Positions 16,301 to 21,214 of a DNA stretch of 22,576 nt are shown here, one piece after another. Origin of the DNA: Promethearchaeota archaeon (GTDB taxonomy: Archaea > Asgardarchaeota > Lokiarchaeia > Sigyniarchaeales > SOKP01); the NCBI GenBank assembly GCA_048938445.1, contig JBHLME010000071.1:1-22576 (forward strand). Direction: 5' to 3'. Under the pieces are notes generated by a model. The model was not told the origin of the DNA and made no database searches. It saw only the letters and a list, made by a program, of their open reading frames with translations. Both the position numbers and the translations under genes were made by a program. Numbering within the stretch: position 1 is the stretch's first letter; each line of letters opens with the position of its first letter.

Positions 16301-17281
16301 GTTTATATAGAACAACCTGATGGAAGTATCATAGAAAGTTTTACCACTTATACTGAAACAGGTGCCTTAAATATAGCCACATCGAAAATAAACGGAACGG
16401 AATACCTTAGCTTCAGATTGAATGATTTTGATTATGAGTTTCCAGGAGAAGACACGGAACCACCAGTTGTTATTGTTGAATATATAGGCGGTTATACTGA
16501 TGGTGACCCTGGTTATATTTCAGTCACGGCAACTGATAATGTAGGATTAAGTGAAGACCCAACTGGTGAATATCCCGTAGATCCAACTGTTATTGATACC
16601 CCACGAGTGTTTTCTTATACTGCGACTGATACAAGTGGTCTTACGACGACGGAATCTATTGAAATAACTTTAACTGATGATGATACTGAAGCACCGATTA
16701 TAAACATTGTATATACAGGAGATTATACCTTAGCAAATCCTGGAGAATTGATCGTGACTGTTTCAGACGATTCTGGTTTGAGTATCGATCCTTCAGGAAC
16801 TTATTCCGTTCCTGCAATAGCTGGAACTCATGAATGGGAATTTATCGCTACGGATGATGATGATGATGGTTGGGTAGGTGATAGTTTATCTACCACAATT
16901 GAGTATAACGTCATCATAGAAAACTTGATTCCAACCGCAAATTTTACTGTTGATTCAAGATTTGTTCAAACAAATGAAGAAGTATCGTTTACATTCACAG
17001 GTAAGGAAGGTGATGCTCCTGCATCATTTTTATGGGATTTTGGAGATGGTGAAACTTCTACAGAGGAAAATCCAACGCATGTATATAGTTCAATGGGTCT
17101 TTATACCGTTACGTTAACGGTTACAGATGCAAATGGGGATGTTGATATTATGATAATGGAAAAACATATTTGGGTCTTATATGCATTTCCAGCAACTCCA
17201 GGACTCATTATTATGATGATCTTGGGATTCGTAGGTGTCAGTATCATTCTTGGTAAAATTATCAAAAGGAAAACTAGTTAA
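13400..17281 (+). CDS. Giant secreted/cell-surface protein with signal peptide, N-terminal module, two ~380-aa repeats, two Ig-like repeats, a PKD domain and a C-terminal tripartite anchor/sorting signal
   Basis: The signal-like N-terminus is 'KFLRFSALGFILLFGMLSVIAAV'. The PKD signature is 'FLWDFGDGETSTEENPTHVYSSMGLYTVTLTVTDANGD' (domain about 16931-17176). There are at least 13 N-x-S/T sequons. The C-terminus is 'PATPGLIIMMILGFVGVSIILGKIIKRKTS'. Confidence 0.95.
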   Translation: MKLNKVKNGKFLRFSALGFILLFGMLSVIAAVNIMPGSEKSDDLVNLGNADASGGGYTMDTEAVYSWIDISTTGTPILIMSTETISFSEGGWTFAFYETEYDTIYVNTNGYMNFRSPGWTTTYLPIPSLSEMNEDLVCLLCGTLMSSGNIYYEFLSAPNRLVIEYQDMISTTYDQYGYPSEQVIGTYEVIFYETGSIKFQYQEVNLTGMYYRTIGLDHGDLENYNLYEPPELMNLKAIEFIPGEMVPINFSPGVEVDDEFTWLVTDVNDEKMETYLGSNWEELLGLYPDPLENQKTKIKIYVAYGDPTIMSINYSTWDWINRDESFSSTPEGIYGFSYSTDPEGQTLDPLFPFILPTPTALYLYRARLESPYSFSLVPYTNQISLNYMVSSNDPYILIQFQGVYNTHGILENIYFSIYNISTQISQPEVIFNLIRFHEGPKPSYVSISEGDVYEYGVFYNPSMPTDPYNPTFQYDRMKLGVEFISGEDPIYERVLVIFNVSYRYPNGTWEEFPLYPLNINTYIYKDYSNIDTYNFQPIFMSNNVDWDELVDALIGNYPPYPPVYEIEIVALENGFAIEQESYYPYAGNMRVEYMFTPEGIINISNQYINDTLMATVRLNDFDFYFLGVEIGDEYEWIIGNVNEVLMDDYLGENWEVFFGIPENPSELDKMKIRIESIEVDSTQNTATYAQWDWINMESAFNPTADGQDSLTYLDDPLGYTEVHNLTNMIPLFLPTPPQTYLNESNLDPGFYTLMYSSVYDEETTQLSFSKIVEMYNILTGTAIYDQNGVLISFLIRVMIIDPYTYIYETEIIFSMWRNTEGDKPSYVGINEGEIYEYGVFTNPAVNYPVSNPFSDIERMMFEIDYIGGEDPGIQGALVLMNMSTMDENGIWSEADGTHLSPFGTNGYIVENPAEQFHLFTTFSYFVRTDANWDEIAIALQEYYDNTLGQFPGYEYITDVTALSNGIEVYIEQPDGSIIESFTTYTETGALNIATSKINGTEYLSFRLNDFDYEFPGEDTEPPVVIVEYIGGYTDGDPGYISVTATDNVGLSEDPTGEYPVDPTVIDTPRVFSYTATDTSGLTTTESIEITLTDDDTEAPIINIVYTGDYTLANPGELIVTVSDDSGLSIDPSGTYSVPAIAGTHEWEFIATDDDDDGWVGDSLSTTIEYNVIIENLIPTANFTVDSRFVQTNEEVSFTFTGKEGDAPASFLWDFGDGETSTEENPTHVYSSMGLYTVTLTVTDANGDVDIMIMEKHIWVLYAFPATPGLIIMMILGFVGVSIILGKIIKRKTS
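14159..15280 (+). repeat. Large intragenic protein repeat, copy 1 (374 aa)
   Basis: This copy starts 'VEVDDEFTWLVTDVNDEKMETYLGSNWEELLGLYPDP' and ends 'VRLNDFDFYF'. It is collinear with copy 2, sharing blocks such as 'W.W.N.....F', 'LPTP', 'EG.KPSYV.I.EG..YEYGVF.NP' and 'F(I/D)(S/Y)(G/I)GEDP'. Confidence 0.8.
15281..16441 (+). repeat. Large intragenic protein repeat, copy 2 (387 aa)
   Basis: This copy starts 'VEIGDEYEWIIGNVNEVLMDDYLGENWEVFFGIPENP' and ends 'FRLNDFDYEF'. It is diverged from copy 1, at roughly one third identity by eye. Confidence 0.8.
16451..16924 (+). repeat. Two tandem ~77-81-aa Ig-like repeats inside the surface protein
   Basis: 'DTEPPVVIVEYIGGYTDGDPGYISVTATDNVGLSEDPTGEYPV' (from 16451) aligns with 'DTEAPIINIVYTGDYTLANPGELIVTVSDDSGLSIDPSGTYSV' (from 16682). 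The D-x-x-x-P-x-I lead-in is typical of bacterial/archaeal Ig-like (HYR/DUF5011-type) domains. Confidence 0.7.
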
Positions 17282-17307
17282 ATAAACCATTATTAATTAA
17301 ATTCTAA

Positions 17308-17320
17308 TTTTTTTTTTTTA
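17308..17320 (+). terminator. Oligo-T (T13) tract between the surface-protein gene and the archaeosortase-like gene
   Basis: A run of 13 T starts 27 nt after the TAA stop and ends 27 nt before the next ATG. Confidence 0.45.
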
Positions 17321-17346
17321 AACTTCAAATAATATGAATAAAAATC

Positions 17347-18102
17347 ATGATAATGACGGATGTTGAATATAAAGGAAAGAGGTATAATTTTTCATGGTAT
17401 GCAATTACTTTTTTTTTTATATCGTGTCCACTCATTGCTTTTTTTATAATCGAAATCTTAGAATTATTATGGATCTATTCTTATCCCATTGTAATTTATC
17501 CTGTAAATGAAATATTAAAATTCATCACGGGTGATTCATTTTCATATTATCCAGAGTTAGTAGCTTCTACTTACATCCTTGAAATTCCAGGCAAACCTGG
17601 TGGTATATTTTTCGTATCTGAATGCATTGGAATTCAAGGATATGCCATATATGCAGGGATCAGTTTCATGACCCCTCATAATAGACATTCCAAACAAAAC
17701 AGGAATATATATTTGAGAAAAGTGAGCACATTCCTTCTTACAAGTATTCTGCTTTATTTAGCAAATGTTTTAAGATCAGTAATTACTTTGCTTCTTTATT
17801 ACAATGGGACATTTGAGTTTAGTCCAATGCATGAAATTATCGGATATATAACGACTTTCTTTGCCGTATTTGTATTTTATTTTGTGAGTTATTTCTGGCT
17901 TCCAGAATTTTCTTTATTCGTTATATGGATGAAAGATGACATAAAAATGAGAATTTTAGGTAGGTTAAAGAATAAATATAAAGAGAAAGTCAAGATTGCT
18001 GATCAAGAGACCAAAGAATTAAAAAGAAGATATCTATTATTGTTCTGGATAATTTTTGCTATTATATTTTCCGTAATAATGATATATATTATCTTTTTTT
18101 AG
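17347..18102 (+). CDS. Archaeosortase/exosortase-family-like polytopic membrane protein (putative transpeptidase)
   Basis: Three residues occur in the family order inside or next to TM helices. Cys93 is in 'IFFVSECIGIQGYAIYAGISF' (17623-17625). Arg143 is in 'LLYLANVLRSVITLLLYY' (17773-17775). His162 is in 'SPMHEIIGYITTFFAVFVFYF' (17830-17832). This resembles the V..aCSGi / N..Ri / H...G pattern of exosortase/archaeosortase proteins. Confidence 0.6.
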   Translation: MIMTDVEYKGKRYNFSWYAITFFFISCPLIAFFIIEILELLWIYSYPIVIYPVNEILKFITGDSFSYYPELVASTYILEIPGKPGGIFFVSECIGIQGYAIYAGISFMTPHNRHSKQNRNIYLRKVSTFLLTSILLYLANVLRSVITLLLYYNGTFEFSPMHEIIGYITTFFAVFVFYFVSYFWLPEFSLFVIWMKDDIKMRILGRLKNKYKEKVKIADQETKELKRRYLLLFWIIFAIIFSVIMIYIIFF

Positions 18103-18203
18103 GAAATATATTTTAGAATTTAAAAAACACGATTATGTAATTCTTTAAAGTAATCAAAAATATTATTTTATAATAAATAATATTAGAATATTTCAACAAC
18201 TAT

Positions 18204-18998
18204 ATGTCTTCATCCAAATTATTTCCTTATAAAATGAAAAAAGGACAATGGACTAAAACAGATTCTTTAACTGATAGTGATATTTCGGTTATAATTGATA
18301 TAAATTCAGAAATATTCTGGTTTTGGGAGGGACCACAAAGTACTGCAAGAGACAGATACAATGCAAGGCAGATATTAGGGCAATTGAGAGAAAAATATAT
18401 CTCTTATAAATTTAAAAGAATAAATAAAGAAGCCTCTGAATATGTCAGAGATGAATTAGAAGCACTGCAAATATATGCCTTAGCGAAAAAAAAGTCTGAT
18501 AAGAGAAATCAATTAAAAAATCTAGCAAATATAATTCATTTTATTAGTTTAATGAACAGTTTTTTCAATATTATTATTATAATTCTGTTAATTGGAGTAC
18601 TCGTCCAATCTCAGTCAATTTTTCCTTATATTTTTTTCAATCAAATCAATTTTAATTTCACTCTTGAAATATGTTCTCTAATTTTAATATTATCATTAAT
18701 AATCTTAATTCTATCTGCGATTTATATGGGGATATCAAGAAATAGATTTTTATTGGTAATTTCTATTATTGGATGTTGTTTTAATTTCATTTCCTTATTC
18801 ATGTTAAGAATTTGGGATGAATTGCTAATTGTTATATCAAGTGGTCAACATTATTTAATTCAAATTGATGCAATATTTTTTTTCATATTTAGCATTGATA
18901 TTTTTCTAATCCTAAGTATTTCTTGTTGTCTTATTGTAGGGATTATGGGTTTTATGAATGTAAAATATTTTATTAAAAGATTTGAAAAAGAAATATAA
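18204..18998 (+). CDS. Membrane protein with N-terminal cytoplasmic gelsolin-like domain and 4-5 C-terminal TM helices
   Basis: Residues 25-63, 'SDISVIIDINSEIFWFWEGPQSTARDRYNARQILGQLRE', follow the gelsolin-repeat core pattern. The basic linker 'KKKSDKRNQLK' leads into hydrophobic helices (IIIIILLIGVLV, ICSLILILSLIILILSAIYMGI, FLLVISIIGCCFNFISLFML, IFFFIFSIDIFLILSISCCLIVGIMGF). Confidence 0.75.
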   Translation: MSSSKLFPYKMKKGQWTKTDSLTDSDISVIIDINSEIFWFWEGPQSTARDRYNARQILGQLREKYISYKFKRINKEASEYVRDELEALQIYALAKKKSDKRNQLKNLANIIHFISLMNSFFNIIIIILLIGVLVQSQSIFPYIFFNQINFNFTLEICSLILILSLIILILSAIYMGISRNRFLLVISIIGCCFNFISLFMLRIWDELLIVISSGQHYLIQIDAIFFFIFSIDIFLILSISCCLIVGIMGFMNVKYFIKRFEKEI

Positions 18999-19626
18999 AG
19001 GGATAATTATGCCCTCAAAACTTCGAGTTCGATATATTTTCCGACCTCTTGTTAAGGTAATTGCTCATAGTTTAAGTAAGGTAGGCGTAACTCCAAATAT
19101 TGCTACAAGTATAATGCTTTTATTTTCAATTTTTAGTTTATTTTCATTAGTATTTCTCTCAAATTTCTTACTTTTTTCCATTTTAGTATTTACAACGGGT
19201 ATTTTTGATGGAGTTGATGGCGAAATAGCACGTTTAACCAATAAATCCACAAAAAGAGGAGCATTTTTTGATTCAACAATGGATAGAATATCAGAATTTA
19301 TAATTTTTATGGCATTACTTCTATTTTTTTGGAATGAATTTCTATGGATAATTGATATGAAATTAATTATTTTCATTTCTTTTTTAGCATCAATCATGAT
19401 TAGTTATACAAGAGCAAGAGCAGAAAATTTTTGTAAAGATGATTTTGATATTGGTTTGATGGCACGATCAGAGAGACTTTTTTACTTAGTTGTTATTAGT
19501 TTTATATCATTTTTTTATAATTACTTTAAATTATTCCTTTTCATTTTCATGTGGTTAGTAACGTTAACAGCATTGTTTAGATTTATCAAGTTTAAGAAAT
19601 ATATAAAAAAAAAGGAGATATTATAA
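18982..19626 (+). CDS. CDP-alcohol phosphatidyltransferase family protein (archaeal phospholipid head-group synthase, PssA/AIP-synthase-like)
   Basis: There is an exact D-G-x2-A-R-x8-G-x3-D-x3-D motif, 'DGEIARLTNKSTKRGAFFDSTMD', at 19216-19284. The protein is multi-TM. The probable start is the ATG at 19009 (MPSKLRVRY...), 10 nt after the upstream stop. The track start at 18982 is a TTG. Confidence 0.9.
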   Translation: MKKKYKGIIMPSKLRVRYIFRPLVKVIAHSLSKVGVTPNIATSIMLLFSIFSLFSLVFLSNFLLFSILVFTTGIFDGVDGEIARLTNKSTKRGAFFDSTMDRISEFIIFMALLLFFWNEFLWIIDMKLIIFISFLASIMISYTRARAENFCKDDFDIGLMARSERLFYLVVISFISFFYNYFKLFLFIFMWLVTLTALFRFIKFKKYIKKKEIL

Positions 19627-19744
19627 AAATCTGTGCTATTTTCCTGTGATGTACATTTTTAATAAAGATTTATCTATTGTACTTATTATTTATTGTTATA
19701 TGAAAACTATTGACAATAATCTAATACTTTATGTCTTAGATAAT

Positions 19745-21211
19745 TTATCTTGTCTTAGCTCGAAGTCTTATTGTTCTCACTAATGAAATAACTATAACAA
19801 AAATACCCGCAATAATAAGAATTATGGGTAAGTACTTTAAACCTTGCAAATTATTTATTAAAGCAAGCAGATCTTCAAATGGATTGCCTGGAGAATCATC
19901 TGGAGGAGTATCTGGAGGGATATCTGATGGTTCTCCGAAGGTATGTATTATTTCTTTAATAGTTACTCCAGATGATCCGTTAATTTTTACATTAATATAA
20001 TATAAATTTCCGTCATTTAAGCTATAATTCCAATCTCCTTGCCATAATGGACTATCCCCATCCACTTTTAACATTGGTTTCCAATTAGTAACTAGAATAC
20101 GGGAAGCGTCATATGCGCACCATTCTACAGAATTGAGTCCAAGTGGATCCCATACAAGTGCTCTTATTTTAGTATCATTAAGATTTAATCCATCACTATA
20201 GAATGCAGTTGTCGGTGGAGATGTGATAACTCCCTGAGGCCATGTATTTAAGTATTCAACTGAAGTTGAAAAAGAATTATTGTCCATAGCAATAATTCTG
20301 TAGGCATGTTTAATGTCGAAATCTTCTGTTTCAATTTCAAAAAAATTATTCCCAAGTCGATGTTGAATAATATTTACCCGAGTATGTCCAGAGATATAAC
20401 ACGTAACATTATAATCGTTGTTTAATGTCACAAAATCTCGTCCACTAGTAGTGGTTTCAGAAATGATAGCATAATTATAAGGAGCATTTTCTCTTAAATT
20501 TACATGATGTCCGAAAGTAAAAATTCCATCATAATCTTTATACTCTTCCAATTTGGCTTCATACCAATCTAATTGATCTCTATATAAATGACCATAATAA
20601 TTAATTTCATAATTTATTAAATCAAATTGAATATAAGGTTCATTTTTTGTAGTATCTAAACATATAAATGCGTAATCTCCGAAAGAAAACGATTTTATGA
20701 ATGAATAATTTGTATCTCCAATTTCACTACCTAACATTGAATAGTCCAAATAATAAGTTTTATTTGGAATATTTGATACATCGTGTTCACCAATGAGATC
20801 AATATATACTGATGAGTTCAAGTTATTTGAAGCAAGCACGTTGCTATAATTCAACCAATGTTCAGTATCATGGCTAAAATCAGGATAAACACCACCGTGT
20901 ACTAAATCTCCAGTACTTATTACAAAAAGAGGATCGATTTCTTTATATGTTTCATTGAAAAAGGTATTTAAATTGATTCCTGATTGAGGATTATTGTAGA
21001 GTAAATCTGTTAATTGGATGAACCAGAAAATTTCTTGATCAGATTCATTAATATATCCCTGATATGATGGTTTTAATTTTGGGATTTCTGACATAACTTG
21101 TTGTTTTTCTATTGGAATGAAATCTATTATTGTAAAAAGAGGAATATATAAACTTAAGAGAATGGAAATTAGCATAACAAAAGAAAATAGATGTAACTTC
21201 AGTTTCATCAA
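19745..21211 (-). CDS. Extracellular, C-terminally anchored calcineurin-like metallophosphoesterase-fold protein with substituted metal ligands
   Basis: An N-terminal TM/signal is followed by the MPE motif series 'FWFIQLTDLLY', 'ISTGDLVHGG', 'IGEHDV', 'FGHHVN' and 'ISGHTRVN'. There are many N-x-S/T sequons. The Pro-rich stalk 'PPDTPPDDSPGNP' leads into the TM 'LPIILIIAGIFVIVISLV' followed by 'RTIRLRAKTR'. The probable start is the ATG at 21208, with GAGGT 8 nt upstream. Confidence 0.7.
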   Translation of the reverse strand: MMKLKLHLFSFVMLISILLSLYIPLFTIIDFIPIEKQQVMSEIPKLKPSYQGYINESDQEIFWFIQLTDLLYNNPQSGINLNTFFNETYKEIDPLFVISTGDLVHGGVYPDFSHDTEHWLNYSNVLASNNLNSSVYIDLIGEHDVSNIPNKTYYLDYSMLGSEIGDTNYSFIKSFSFGDYAFICLDTTKNEPYIQFDLINYEINYYGHLYRDQLDWYEAKLEEYKDYDGIFTFGHHVNLRENAPYNYAIISETTTSGRDFVTLNNDYNVTCYISGHTRVNIIQHRLGNNFFEIETEDFDIKHAYRIIAMDNNSFSTSVEYLNTWPQGVITSPPTTAFYSDGLNLNDTKIRALVWDPLGLNSVEWCAYDASRILVTNWKPMLKVDGDSPLWQGDWNYSLNDGNLYYINVKINGSSGVTIKEIIHTFGEPSDIPPDTPPDDSPGNPFEDLLALINNLQGLKYLPIILIIAGIFVIVISLVRTIRLRAKTR

Positions 21212-21214
21212 AAA

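Noticed and set aside
17186-17281. Calling the C-terminal signal of the giant protein a canonical PGF-CTERM.
   Set aside because: The motif reads PATPGL, not PGF, and lacks the Thr/Ser-rich linker I associate with haloarchaeal PGF-CTERM proteins. It is kept as a sortase-type tripartite signal of unassigned class.
7198-18123. TAG-terminated genes (7201..8304, 17347..18102) each have a second in-frame stop 4-6 codons later, which could hint at genome-wide UAG recoding.
   Set aside because: In roughly 30% GC DNA, in-frame TAA/TGA within a few codons is expected by chance, so this is uninformative about recoding.
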